A stretch of DNA of 64,000 bases from Eledone cirrhosa (Eukaryota). A program made the translations under genes and the position numbers. Every line of letters starts with the position of its first letter. The stretch's first letter is position 1. The notes beneath the pieces were generated by a model. The model searched no databases. It was not told the origin of the DNA and worked only from the letters and a program-made list of their open reading frames with translations. Shown in pieces: positions 1 to 15,741 of this stretch. The stretch covers positions 24,924,001 through 24,988,000 of the forward strand of contig OZ024756.1 in the NCBI GenBank assembly GCA_964016885.1, given 5' to 3'.

Positions 1-60
1 ATATATATATATATATATACTATATAGATATACATTATATATATACATATATATATATAG

Positions 61-125
<65 letters not shown>

Positions 126-129
126 TACA

Positions 130-215
<86 letters not shown>

Positions 216-516
216 CATATATATATATACATATATATATATACATATATATATATACATATATATATACATATATATATATACATATATATACATATAC
301 ATATATACATATATACATATACATATATACATATATACATATACATATATACATATATATACATATACATATATACATATATACATATATATACATATAC
401 ATATATACATATATATACATATATATACATATATATACATATATAGTATAGTATATACATATTTATACATATATACATATATATACATATATATATATAT
501 ATATACATATATATAC

Positions 517-571
<55 letters not shown>

Positions 572-963
572 CATATATATATATACATATATATATATAC
601 ATATATATATATACATATACATATATATATACATATATATATATACATATACATATATATATATACATATATATATATACATATACATATATATATATAC
701 ATATATACATATACATATATACATATACATATATATATATACATATATATATATACATATATATATACATATATACATATATATATATACATATATATAT
801 ACATATTATATATACATATATATATATACATATACATATATATATATACATATATATATATACATATATATATACATATATACATATATATATATACATA
901 TATATATATACATATATATATATACATATATATATATACATATATATATATATACATATATAC

Positions 964-1010
<47 letters not shown>

Positions 1011-1245
1011 CATATATATATATACATATATGCATATATATATATACATATATATATATACATATATATATACATATATATACATATATATATACATATA
1101 TATATACATATATATACATATATATATACATATATATACATATATATATACATATATATATACATATATATACATATATATATACATATATATACATATA
1201 TATATACATATATATACATATATATATACATATATACATATATAC

Positions 1246-1278
<33 letters not shown>

Positions 1279-1347
1279 CATATATATATACATATATATA
1301 TATACACATATATATATACATATATATATATACACATATATATATAC

Positions 1348-1400
<53 letters not shown>

Positions 1401-1525
1401 CATATATACATATATATATACACATATATATATATATACATATATATATATACATATATATATATACACATATATATATATATATACATATATATATACA
1501 TATATATATACATATATATATATAC

Positions 1526-1620
<95 letters not shown>

Positions 1621-1743
1621 CATATATATACATATACATACATATACATATACATACATATACATATACATACATATACATATACATATACATACATATA
1701 CATATACATATATATACATACATATACATATACATATATATAC

Positions 1744-1784
<41 letters not shown>

Positions 1785-1823
1785 TATATACATATATATA
1801 TATATATACATATATACATATAC

Positions 1824-1876
<53 letters not shown>

Positions 1877-2037
1877 CATATATATATATATACATATATA
1901 CATATACATATATATATATACATATATACATATACATATATATATATACATATATATATATACATATATATATATACATATATATATATATACATATATA
2001 TATATACATATATATATATATACATATATATATATAC

Positions 2038-2102
<65 letters not shown>

Positions 2103-2191
2103 CATATATACATATATACATATACATATATATATATACATATATATATATATACATATATACATATATACATATATATATATACATATAC

Positions 2192-2236
<45 letters not shown>

Positions 2237-2519
2237 CATATATATATACATATATATACATATATATATACATATATATACATATATATACATATATATA
2301 CATATATATATACATATATATATACATATATATACATATATATATACATATATATACATATATATATACATATATATATACATATATATACATATATATA
2401 CATATATATATACATATATATACATATATATATATACATATATATACATATATATATATACATATATATATATACATATATATATATACATATATATATA
2501 TACACATATATATATACAC

Positions 2520-2580
<61 letters not shown>

Positions 2581-2685
2581 CACATATACATATATATATA
2601 CATATATATATATACATATATATATATACATATATATATATACATATATATATATACATATATATATATACATATATATATATAC

Positions 2686-2716
<31 letters not shown>

Positions 2717-2849
2717 CATATACATATATATACATATACATATACATACATATTTACATACATATACATATACATATACATACATATACATATATATATA
2801 TACATATATATATATAAACATATATATATATAAACATATATATATATAC

Positions 2850-2880
<31 letters not shown>

Positions 2881-2881
2881 C

Positions 2882-2912
<31 letters not shown>

Positions 2913-2913
2913 C

Positions 2914-2946
<33 letters not shown>

Positions 2947-3347
2947 CATATATATATACATATATATATATATACATATATATATACACATATATATATA
3001 TACATATATATATACATATATATATATACATATATATATACATATATATATATATACATATATATATATACATATATATATATACATATATATATATACA
3101 TATATATATATATACATATATATATATACATATATATATATACATATATATATATATACATATATATATATACATATATATATATATACATATATACATA
3201 TATATATATACATATATATATATACATATATATATATACATATATATATCTACATATATATATACATATATATATATATACATATATATATCTACATATA
3301 TATATATATATATATCTACATATATATATACATATATATATATATAC

Positions 3348-3392
<45 letters not shown>

Positions 3393-3463
3393 CATATATA
3401 TATATACATATATATATATACATATATATATATACATATATATATATACATATATATATATAC

Positions 3464-3494
<31 letters not shown>

Positions 3495-3589
3495 CATATA
3501 TATATATACATATATATATATACATATATATATATACATATATATACATATATATATATACATATATATATATACATATATATATATAC

Positions 3590-3622
<33 letters not shown>

Positions 3623-3647
3623 TACATATATATATACATATATATAT

Positions 3648-3872
3648 GGTGGCTGCCAACTCGTTTTCGAGTACGGCCACTACTTTATATCCATGTAGGA
3701 GAACCCCTACCGATGCGCTGAACGAGTGTGACTTTTTAGTCCAGCCAGCGACTTGAAAACTCTGGTACAAACACTACACTTGTGACAATTACTGACACAT
3801 AGTGCTGGGCCCATGGTACCATGTGACGACAAGTGCAGAGAGATCTCCAGATATAAAGCAATGCCTGTGCCG
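3648..3872 (-). mobile_element. 5'-truncated copy of an RTE-derived non-autonomous element (3' end with C2H2-like remnant)
   Basis: Matches 27644-27868 with 3 substitutions; minus frame reads [23 protein letters not shown], followed by a short 3' UTR running into TA/TATG repeat. Confidence 0.85.
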
Positions 3873-4007
3873 CATATATATATATATATACATATATATA
3901 CATATATATATACATATATATATATACATATATATACATATATATATACATATATATACATATATATATACATATATACATATATATATACATATATACA
4001 TATATAC

Positions 4008-4052
<45 letters not shown>

Positions 4053-4104
4053 TATATACATATATATATACACATATATATATACATATATATATATACA
4101 CATA

Positions 4105-4136
<32 letters not shown>

Positions 4137-4263
4137 CATATATACATATATATATATACACATATATATATATACATATATATATATACATATATATATA
4201 TACACATATATATATATATATACATATATATATACATATATATATATACATATATATATATAC

Positions 4264-4376
<113 letters not shown>

Positions 4377-4463
4377 CATATACATACATATACATATACA
4401 TACATATACATATACATACATATACATATACATATACATACATATACATATACATATATATAC

Positions 4464-4504
<41 letters not shown>

Positions 4505-4543
4505 TATATACATATATATATATATATACATATATACATATAC

Positions 4544-4592
<49 letters not shown>

Positions 4593-4651
4593 CATATATA
4601 TATATATACATATATACATATACATATATATATATACATATATATATATAC

Positions 4652-4700
<49 letters not shown>

Positions 4701-4787
4701 CATATATATACATATACATATACATACATATACATATACATACATATACATATACATATACATACATATACATATACATATATATAC

Positions 4788-4828
<41 letters not shown>

Positions 4829-4867
4829 TATATACATATATATATATATATACATATATACATATAC

Positions 4868-4918
<51 letters not shown>

Positions 4919-5019
4919 CATATATATATATATACATATATACATATACATATATATATATACATATATATATATACATATATATATATACATATATATA
5001 TATACATATATATATATAC

Positions 5020-5050
<31 letters not shown>

Positions 5051-5095
5051 CATATATATATATACATATATATATATATACATATATATATATAC

Positions 5096-5126
<31 letters not shown>

Positions 5127-5427
5127 CATATATATATATACATATATATATACATATATATATATACATATATATATATATACATATATACATATATACA
5201 TACATATATATACATATATATATACATATATATACATATATATACATATATATATACATATATATACATATATATATACATATATATACATATATATATA
5301 CATATATATATACATATATATACATATATATATACATATATATACATATATATATATACATATATATACATATATATATATACATATATATATATACATA
5401 TATATATATACATATATATATATACAC

Positions 5428-5486
<59 letters not shown>

Positions 5487-5575
5487 CACATATACATATA
5501 TATATACATATATATATATACATATATATATATACATATATATATATACATATATATATATACATATATATATAC

Positions 5576-5606
<31 letters not shown>

Positions 5607-5825
5607 CATATACATATATATACATATATATACATATACATATACATACATATTTACATACATATACATATACATATACATACATATACATATATATATA
5701 TACATATATATATATAAACATATATATATATACATATATATATATAAACATATATATATATACATATATATATACATATATATATATATATACATATATA
5801 AATACATATATATATATATATATAC

Positions 5826-5870
<45 letters not shown>

Positions 5871-5947
5871 TATATACATATATATATATATACATATATA
5901 TATACACATATATATATATACATATATATATACATATATATATATAC

Positions 5948-5978
<31 letters not shown>

Positions 5979-6053
5979 CATATATATATATACATATATA
6001 TATATACATATATATATATATACATATATATATATACATATATATATATATAC

Positions 6054-6098
<45 letters not shown>

Positions 6099-6245
6099 CA
6101 TATATATATATATACATATATACATATATATATATACATATATATATATACATATATATATATATACATATATATATACATATATATATCTACATATATA
6201 TATATATATATATCTACATATATATATACATATATATATATATAC

Positions 6246-6290
<45 letters not shown>

Positions 6291-6471
6291 CATATATATA
6301 TATACATATATATATATACATATATATATATACATATATATATATATACATATATATATATACATATATATATATACATATATATATATACATATATATA
6401 TATACATATATATATATACATATATATATATACATATATATATACATATATATATACATATATATATATAC

Positions 6472-6504
<33 letters not shown>

Positions 6505-6529
6505 TACATATATATATACATATATATAT

Positions 6530-6753
6530 GGTGGCTGCCAACTCGTTTTCGAGTACGGCCACTACTTTATATCCATGTAGGAGAACCCCTACCGATGCGC
6601 TGAACGAGTGTGACTTTTTAGTCCAGCCAGCGACTTGAAACTCTGGTACAAACACTACACTTGTGACAATTACTGACACATAGTGCTGGGCCCATGGTAC
6701 CATGTGACGACAAGTGCAGAGAGATCTCCAGATATAAAGCAATGCCTGTGCCG
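6530..6753 (-). mobile_element. Second copy of the same truncated RTE-derived fragment (part of the tandem duplication)
   Basis: Identical to 3648-3872 except one missing A (GAAAAC vs GAAAC); same truncation point. Confidence 0.85.
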
Positions 6754-6888
6754 CATATATATATATATATACATATATATATACATATATATATATATAC
6801 ATATATATACATATATATACATATACATATATATACATATATATACATATATATACATATACATATATATACATATATATACATATAC

Positions 6889-7005
<117 letters not shown>

Positions 7006-7307
7006 GCATATATACATATATATATACATATATACATATATATATACATATATATATACATATATACATATATACATATATATATATATACATATATATA
7101 TACATATATATATACATATATACATATATATATACATATATACATATATACATATATATATACATATATACATATATATATACATATATACATATATATA
7201 TACATATATATATACATATATATATACATATATATATACATATATACATATATATATACATATATATATACATATATACATATATATATACATATATATA
7301 TATATAC

Positions 7308-7352
<45 letters not shown>

Positions 7353-7359
7353 TATATAC

Positions 7360-7390
<31 letters not shown>

Positions 7391-7473
7391 CATATATATA
7401 TACATATATATATATATACATATATATATACATATATATATACATATATATATATATATACATATATATATAC

Positions 7474-7524
<51 letters not shown>

Positions 7525-7537
7525 CATATATATATAC

Positions 7538-7806
<269 letters not shown>

Positions 7807-7819
7807 CATATATGTATAC

Positions 7820-7878
<59 letters not shown>

Positions 7879-7891
7879 CATATATGTATAC

Positions 7892-7922
<31 letters not shown>

Positions 7923-7935
7923 CATATACGTATAC

Positions 7936-7966
<31 letters not shown>

Positions 7967-8021
7967 CATATACGTATACATATATATATACATATATATA
8001 TATATATACATATACATATAC

Positions 8022-8055
<34 letters not shown>

Positions 8056-8061
8056 ATATAC

Positions 8062-8112
<51 letters not shown>

Positions 8113-8113
8113 C

Positions 8114-8275
<162 letters not shown>

Positions 8276-8276
8276 G

Positions 8277-8446
<170 letters not shown>

Positions 8447-8482
8447 TACACATATATATATATATGTATATATGTATATATG

Positions 8483-8518
<36 letters not shown>

Positions 8519-8562
8519 CATATATATATACACATATATATATATGTATATATATATATATG

Positions 8563-8640
<78 letters not shown>

Positions 8641-8670
8641 TATACACATATATATATATGTATATATGTA

Positions 8671-8725
<55 letters not shown>

Positions 8726-8747
8726 TGGACATAAAATGATGATGATA

Positions 8748-8944
8748 TATATGAAAAATTTGGGACCACGACAGCCGAGCTGCGGCCTTTTCACCAGTTA
8801 GATCTGAATGCTTGGATCAAGCTGTTGAAACGGCCGGAGCTCAGCAGTTGGGGTCCCAATTTTTCATATTACCCACGCTACTACCCCAAGTATTGAGTAC
8901 TCTGGTGAGTAATGGTCTAACTGGTTTTTACCACCTCCATTCTG
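8748..8944 (+). mobile_element. Short (TA)n-flanked hairpin element with 3' tail (family E, Penelope-like)
   Basis: Imperfect ~55 bp inverted arms ATATGAAAAATTTGGGACC...GGTCCCAATTTTTCATAT plus a tail containing TTGAGTACTCT; related copy at 63575-63776 and a tail-only copy at 48789-48868. Confidence 0.65.
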
Positions 8945-8959
8945 ATATATATATATATA

Positions 8960-9180
8960 AACAGTGACATATGCAGGTACTTAAGTTTCATTGGGGTTAT
9001 TCACCCCAACTCATTTCGCCTGTCATTTTCTTTTTATATGCATTGTTATATATAACAGGCTAAATGAGTTGGGGTGAAGAAGCCAACGAAACTTATGTAC
9101 ATGTACATGTCACTGTTCTAACTAATTATACTTAAGTGTTCTTACCCTTGGATATTTATACCAAATTTGTACTTCAGTGT
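8960..9180 (+). mobile_element. Fold-back element with hammerhead-like fold (family C)
   Basis: Inverted arms 8960-9023 and 9055-9117; consensus ACAGG-C(T/G)AAATGA-GTTGG..CCAAC-GAAA-CTTAAG-TA-CCTGT; related copy at 16082-16211; TA flanks. Confidence 0.65.
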
Positions 9181-9242
9181 ATATATATATATTAATAAAA
9201 GATTGGAGGTCATATTCATTTGATTCAGGTTTATTTAAAACT

Positions 9243-9300
9243 CCGTTATAGATATTTCACTGAGGACTATCAATTATGATAGCCTGCGCACTTCAGATGG
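9243..9300 (-). ncRNA. Degenerate hammerhead-like motif in a TA-flanked fragment
   Basis: Minus strand reads CCAT-CTGAAGT-[CTATCA/TGATAG stem]-GAAA-TATCTA-TA-ACGG; mismatches in the core and stems. Confidence 0.35.
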
Positions 9301-9582
9301 CAAAACCTAAAAAAAAACTTTGAAAGTTCCTAAGAAACCTTTAAATTTGGAAAAATCCAATAATTTCCCTGAAAAGATTTTCTTTTCATGATACAAGGGG
9401 CCGGCCAAATGCGTGGTGTTGTTTCTTCGACAGCTAGTCCCTATTAATATATAATGCTCCATCTTGTACCATTTATACAGATACCATTTATTTGGGTCAT
9501 TGGGCACTTCTTTTTATCAGCTTCACAACCAACAGACCATGGTGTGACCCGCACATCTATGTTCTGTTAATCCCATACTCTA

Positions 9583-9630
<48 letters not shown>

Positions 9631-9675
9631 ATGAATCAGAACCCCGATGGCTGCAGTATAGCCATTTCAACAGCT

Positions 9676-9897
9676 CAGGGTGTCCCCAAAAATTATATAC
9701 ACACTTTGATTACCTGTACAGGCAATATTTATTAGAATGCTCAGCCTTTCTCAAAAATAAAATTATCTATTTACATGCATCAATTGTATGTAAACACCCA
9801 AAAATGTTTACATAATTTGAATAATGCATATAAAACAATTTATTTTAATGCATTGTTTAAAGATTTTGTTATGTATACATTTTGGGAGGACACCCTG
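9676..9897. mobile_element. Tc1/mariner-like MITE
   Basis: Terminal inverted repeats CAGGGTGTCCCCAAAA ... TTTTGGGAGGACACCCTG; miniature relative at 29043-29120. Confidence 0.7.
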
Positions 9898-9900
9898 TGT

Positions 9901-10255
9901 CATCATCATCATTTTACGTCCGCTTTTCCCTGCCTGCAAGGGTAGGACGGGAACTGATTCTGGCTTGATTTCTACAGCTGGATGCCCTTCCTAACACCAA
10001 CCTCATTTACAGTGAGTGGTGGGTGCTTTTTTTTGCCATGGCACCTCCACGTCCACTTTACAGTGTGGGCTGGGTGCTTTTTTTGCCGTGGCACCTCCAC
10101 GACCACTTTGCAGTGGAATGATAGGGACCCCAGTCTTATCATCTCATTTCTACAGCTGAGTAAACTGGAGCAATGTGAAATAAAGTGTCTTGCTCAAGGA
10201 CAAACACATCACCCGGTCTGAGAATTGAACTCACAACCTTTCGATTGCAAGGCCA
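9901..10255 (-). mobile_element. SINE family B (tRNA head, CORE-like domain, RTE-type tail, (GAT)n)
   Basis: Reverse complement closely matches 63214-63542. Confidence 0.9.
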
Positions 10256-10638
10256 TCGAAAGGTTGTGACCTTGCAATATATTATTCTTTATCATTAATA
10301 TTCATAATATAAAATAATAATCATATATAATTATTTTAAATTTTTTTACCCAAATTTATTTTCGAGAAGGGTCTCAAATTTCATATAGCTTAGGGCCTCA
10401 ACAGGTGAAAGATCAGTCCTGGCTGCAGCATATCAATATTGCATAACTACTACACAACTATAATGCATAGCTACAGTGTGACACATTTCAATGCTATTGA
10501 GTGGCAATATTTTGATCACCACACTAACACAGCGACTATATTAGAGAGATTTTTGAGCAACAGCTATCAACATCGTTAAATATTTAATTCAAATTATAAA
10601 CTAATGAAACCAATGAAAACAAAGTGGAAAATAAATAC

Positions 10639-10775
10639 CTGCATCAGATCGGCCAAGTGTTTGTGACATGGGGAAGGTTTTTGGTCGGTGACGACACGAT
10701 TCGGAACTTGGAAGTGTGGCTGAAGATCGAAAGTCGTACTTGGCTAATGTTTCCACTCTGTGTTTCCGAAGAACT
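10639..10775 (-). CDS. NCKIPSD: Internal coding exon (137 nt, phase 2 in, phase 1 out) of the NCKIPSD/SPIN90-like gene
   Basis: Acceptor ctttctctctccatcag, donor CAG|gtattt; only one open frame: VLRKHRVETLAKYDFRSSATLPSSESCRHRPKTFPMSQTLGRSDA; HRVETL resembles the post-SH3 HRKETL segment of NCKIPSD as I recall it. Confidence 0.7.
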
Positions 10776-11268
10776 CTGATGGAGAGAGAAAGATGGAGAG
10801 TTGAGGGTGAGAGAGAATGAGAGACATAAATGTGAGCTGTAAAAACATGATATGAATGGGGGGCCCTTATTAAAACCCCCAAGAAATCTACTTGTAAGAG
10901 GCCAGCTAAACCTGCATAACTGTGAGCTGTAACAACTATCTATTAATCTATCTATATAAATTATTTCCTATCATTTCAAGTGTTAAGCTAATATATTTCT
11001 TCATTGTACTGTGTCATTTGCTTTGTTATTTCTGTTTACTTTTTACATACACAACATACACATGTATGTGTGAGTGATGGTTGATACTCGATGAATAAGC
11101 AAGACCCTTCTTGACTGTGCAAATTTTTATTGTGTTAAATAAAAAGATTTTTTACTGTGAGTCCATAAGTGTCTCTTAAGTTCAGCAAAAGATTTTTTGA
11201 AAATTTTGAAGGCAACGTGTTTTCCCCAGAATCATTCCCAGCTCTGTGGATTTTTAAATGTTTTTTAA

Positions 11269-11460
11269 CCCAGTAGCATTTAAATTGGCTGTATCTAACC
11301 AGAATTCTCTCACTGCTTTCTGTTCAAATCAGCCATAACTAGCCACTGATACTGATATTAAGGTATTGTTCTCAAAATAAATAACATCAAAATCTCATCG
11401 ATTCGATATTATGTGAGATAAAGCCTTTACCACGAAAATACAATTGTATATATAGAGTAA
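11269..11460. mobile_element. piggyBac-like MITE, degenerate, lacking right end
   Basis: TTAA-CCC start and body similar to 42837-43057; ends at a SINE tail fragment. Confidence 0.65.
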
Positions 11461-11789
11461 TTGTTTCTACTTTTGGCACAAGGCCAGCAATTACCCAGTA
11501 CATTATTACAATGTGACGTAGGGAGGATGTGTCCTGTTTTGACACAGCCCTTTTAAGTTCCGCAAATCTAACAAGTTCTTCTTCAAATTTATTCTCACTC
11601 AGCTATTTTGTGCCTTACTCTATTGTGAGCTTTTTCTTCCCATCATCATCAATTTTACATCCATTTTTACATGCTTGCAGGGGTTGATGGGTCCTTCTTA
11701 GCACAGTATCTCTCCACTCACTGCGTTCCTTTGTCATATTCGTCATTCCCAATTGTTACAATATATATTCTAGAGTTACCTCCCTGTAT

Positions 11790-11912
11790 GATCTGAGTTC
11801 AAATCCCGCCGAGGTTAACTTTGCCTTTCATCCTTCTGGGGTCGATAAAATAAAGTACCAGTAATGCACTGGGTAATTGCTGGCCTTGTGCCAAAAGTAG
11901 AAACAATTATTA
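11790..11912 (+). mobile_element. SINE family A, 5'-truncated
   Basis: B box GTTCAAATCC, core GCCTTTCATCCTT..GGGTCGATAAAATAAAGTACCAG, (ATT) tail. Confidence 0.85.
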
Positions 11913-12037
11913 CTCTTCACCTGTTTATCACAGGGTCATCAGAGTATTGAGTACTCTTTTCTATCAGCCATCAACCACATACAGATATATATATATATAT
12001 ATGTATGTGTGTATATATATATATGTATATATGTATG

Positions 12038-12074
<37 letters not shown>

Positions 12075-12102
12075 GCGTGTATATATATATATATTGAATT
12101 CA

Positions 12103-12404
12103 ATCGAAAGGTTGTGAGTTCAATTCTCAGACCGGGTGATGTGTTGTTTCCTTGAGCAAGACACTTTATTTCACATTGCTCCAGTTTACTCAGCTGTAGA
12201 AATGAGATGATAGGGACTGGGGTCCCTATCATTCCACTGCAAAGTGGTCATGGAGGTGCCACGGCAAAAAAGTACCCAGCACTCACTGTAAATGAGGTTG
12301 GTGTTAGGAAGGGCATCCAGCTGTAGAAATCAAGCCAGAATCAGTTCCCGTCCCACCCTTGCAAGCAGGGAAAAGCGGACGTAAAATGATGATGATGATG
12401 ATGA
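12103..12404 (+). mobile_element. SINE family B
   Basis: Near-identical to 63251-63542; (GAT)n tail. Confidence 0.9.
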
Positions 12405-12590
12405 TATATATATATAAATACATAATCGGGGAAAGCTAATAGCGATACTCCGGCCAAATTCCAACTCACTCAACAAACATTAGGAAATACCTGAGTATAT
12501 TCCTAATTAAACGTTCGGGGTGCTAACTAATTGTATTGTGTGGAAAATTGGCTGTATCATTTCATGAGATATATCAAATATATATATATA

Positions 12591-12848
12591 TATTAAAATA
12601 ACAGATTAAAGTTTAAGCAAAGAATCACTGCTTTCACCCTTAACGGGCGGGATCTTCTGAAACTAAAAATTATTAAAATAACAGATTAAAGTTTAGTTTC
12701 AGAAGATCCCGTTAAGGGTGAAAGCAGTGATTCTTTGCTTAAACTTTAATCTGTTATTTTAATATTTGCTCTAGGGTTCTTATATATTTTATATATATTT
12801 ATCCTTATCGAGCCCTCTTTGGATTTTAGTCTTCACATTTATTATTAT
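12591..12848 (+). mobile_element. Fold-back element with variant hammerhead fold (family D)
   Basis: Inverted arms ~12591-12667 and 12692-12764; AGTTT-CAGAAGA-TCCC.GGGT-GAAAGCA..TGCTT-AAACT at 12695-12745; other copies at 24074, 25568 and 57582. Confidence 0.7.
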
Positions 12849-13189
12849 TTGCCTTTCATCCTTACGGAGTCGATAAAATAAAGTACCAGTAATGCACTGG
12901 GTAATTGCTGGCCTTGTGCCTAAAGTAGAAACAATTATTATTACTATATATATATATAATTAGAAAATGTAGAAATCTTAAACACAGAAAATAACTGTAA
13001 AATAGTCGATTGTTAAAAATAATAATAGCTTAGGAAATCAAGCAAAAACACACCTGCTGTAAGGGTTTTTACCCACTTATTTAAGCTTTTATTTATATCA
13101 GCCAACCATGTTTATAGTTATTCTCTGCATTTGAGATTTCTAGTCAGTAAGCACCTCTTAACCCAATATACACCCCACCCTCCCATTTC

Positions 13190-13442
13190 CGTCCACTGTA
13201 TCAGTGACACAACCAAAAGCACCCAGTCCACACTGTAGAGTGGTCGTGTCGGAGACACGGTAAAAAGGCTCCCAGTCCACACTGTAAAAGTGGTTGGTGT
13301 TAGGAAGGGTATCCGGCCATAGACAACCTGCCAGAGACACTTCCGTACAAGCAAGACACGGTCTCCCAACCAATTCCGCATCAGATGGAACAAAACCGTC
13401 TAACCCATGGAAGATGGACGTTAAATGATGATGATGATGATG
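13190..13442 (+). mobile_element. SINE family B 3' portion (alternative tail)
   Basis: ~48-bp internal unit, GGTGTTAGGAAGGG, CCGTCTAACCCATG...GGACGTTAAA(TGA)n. Confidence 0.8.
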
Positions 13443-13582
13443 AACTCCTCGATAGTTTAATTTCGAAATGGAGTATTTATATATAATGTGTCTTTTCAAA
13501 AGCAGTTGAGTGTGAATTCAAGGAGAATTGGCTACTATTTCTAGCATGACGGATGACAGCCTAAAGGCTTGTCATTATTCTT

Positions 13583-13745
13583 GGTGGATTGGCAGTACTG
13601 GTAGAAGGTCCGACGCCATGCTTTGCAGCAAAGAGTTACGTCGAGGCTTAACTTTGCCTTTCATCCTTACGGGGTCGATAAAATAAAGTACCAGTAATAC
13701 ACTGACATAATTGCTGGCCTTGTGCCAAAAGTAGAAACAATTATT
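13583..13745 (+). mobile_element. SINE family A
   Basis: Head GTGGATTGGCAGTA, core and tail as in 34962-35146, with an internal deletion. Confidence 0.85.
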
Positions 13746-14161
13746 CTTGTTGTTGATGGTGGTGGTTGTGCATATATGCATCATGCTAGAAATAGCAGCC
13801 AATTTTCCTTGAATTCACAGCCAACTGTTTTTAAAGACATTATACATACATACACACACACATACACATTTTTAGTTAAAAAAAAACAAACAAAAAATGA
13901 TAAAAAGAATAGTGAATACGTGTAACAGAGTTTATTGGTTTGAAGTTGATGAATCATTTCGTAGCTACTCGGAGTTTTTTGCTACACCCAATCCTTCTTC
14001 GTGCACTATGTATATATACATATATTGAAACTGCTCGCAGAATATACGAAACTTTATTTAATATTTGATAAGATTGTTATACCAATCAAAACCAGTTATA
14101 TTTAATGCAACAAATATAAAATTATTCATTCTGCTGGATTAAAGAAAAAAGTAATCTTTAA

Positions 14162-14345
14162 CCCTTTAACATTTAAGCCAAAACTCTTTCATCTTTTTCT
14201 GTTCAAACTGGCCACTCATACTGATGTTAAGGTATTGTTCTCAAAATATATAACATCAAAATCTCTTAGATTCGATATTATGTGAGATAAAGCTTTTTCT
14301 GTGAGAATACAATAGTAAATATAGAGTAATGTAAATGCTGAAAGG
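14162..14345. mobile_element. piggyBac-like MITE
   Basis: TTAA-flanked; CCCTTTAACATTTA ... TAAATGCTGAAAGG ends. Confidence 0.75.
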
Positions 14346-14385
14346 TTAAATATACTTCTGTGCTTTTCCACCTTTATATTTTCAG

Positions 14386-14424
<39 letters not shown>

Positions 14425-15669
14425 AGCGAAATTTTTCCACACATACAGACCCCTGAACGACACGAGATGCTGTTTATCTCGGGTTGGTGCCTGTAGCCTG
14501 GAGAAACTTGCCAACTTGGGGCTAAATGAGATAAGATTTTCTTAAAGCCATTCCACGCTCGGTTCTCTGAAGAGGGCATCACTCCGAGTTGCTCAAACAG
14601 TAGAGAGATGTAACGCTTAGCAAAAAAAAAAGAAAACACTCCAGCCCTCTTGACAGGGTTGGGACTTGGACAATGGTTAGTTGTCAGGTTGACTTTAAGA
14701 CCTTTTGTTTATAGGCCATGCTTTTAGGTTTGGAATATCTTCTATAGTTCCACCATAGATTTAGCTATGTGTGTAAGATCAACCGCGTACAGGAATTTCC
14801 ATGGACAACCGGTCTTAAACTCCTGTTATAACCTGCAGTCCAATGATAAACTGGAGAGAGCTAAGAACAGAGCCATGCACACTAAGTTCCTCGCTATAAT
14901 AATAATAATGAAATTATTGTGTACAGTGCTCAGGTGCACTACAACTCATCAAAGGTGCATGTATAGTACATAGAATAATGTACAAATGTCAGGAAAATAA
15001 ACAGTGTATGAGTCATGATATAATAACAATAACAATAATGAAATATTGTGCACAGTGCCCAGGTGCACCACAACCCATCAAAAAAGTGCATGTACAGTAC
15101 ATAGGGCAATGCACAAACATCAGTAAAATGAACAGTGCACACATGTGTGCATGTGTATGGAAGGGGCACATCAGGTGTAGTTTTGGCGTATTTCGGGAAG
15201 CATGAGTGTCTTAAAGGATGCAGTGTCTCGGCAGCTAACAATTGACGCAGGCAGTTTGTTCCATGTTTCAGCAACTCTGAGCGTGAAAAAATGTCTGCGA
15301 AAGTCATGGGAGCTGTGCTGTTTTCTTATCTTGTAGGCATGTCCACGTGTGTTAGATACATGGAGATCAAAGAGGTGCTCAGGGTTGCAGTTGGCGAGAT
15401 GGTTAAAAACTTTGTGGGTATTCACCAAGTCCACTGCCAGACGTCGGAGCTTCAATGAATCCATGCCCAGGGAAGCAAGGCGTTCAGAGTATGGTAGGTG
15501 TCTATAGTCGTTGTTAACCCTAACTTAGCTGACTGCTCCCCTATACATGGCTTGTACAGCATTCACAAGTCACTCATCTATTCCTAATTTTCTAAGAGCC
15601 CACCAGATTTTAGGCATAGGGCACTCTGTCAAAAGCGTTCTCCTGATCAACAAATGCCAGGTAGAGTAG

Positions 15670-15670
<1 letters not shown>
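14425..15670 (-). pseudogene. Decayed RTE-clade LINE reverse-transcriptase fragment, split by a CR1 insertion
   Basis: Minus-strand peptides LYLAFVDQENAFDRVP, IWWALRKLGIDE, NNDYSEE (across the insertion), HGSVLS, EFKTGCPWKFLYAVDL (YADD-like) and TKGLKVNL. Confidence 0.8.
14899..15501 (-). mobile_element. CR1-like LINE 3' fragment with duplicated 3' terminus
   Basis: LPYSERLASLGMDSLKLRRL..NTRGHAYKIRK..FFTLRVAETWNKLP; (ATT)n tail; putative TSD CTATA at 14894-14898 and 15502-15506. Confidence 0.88.

Positions 15671-15741
<71 letters not shown>

Noticed and set aside
3707-3790. C2H2 zinc finger as a host zinc-finger gene exon
   Set aside because: Present in three near-identical dispersed copies with a shared 3' UTR and truncation; a retroelement end.
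10720-10741. CTGAAGA-TC-GAAA hammerhead-like string
   Set aside because: No stem II and no stem I; antisense to a coding exon; chance match.
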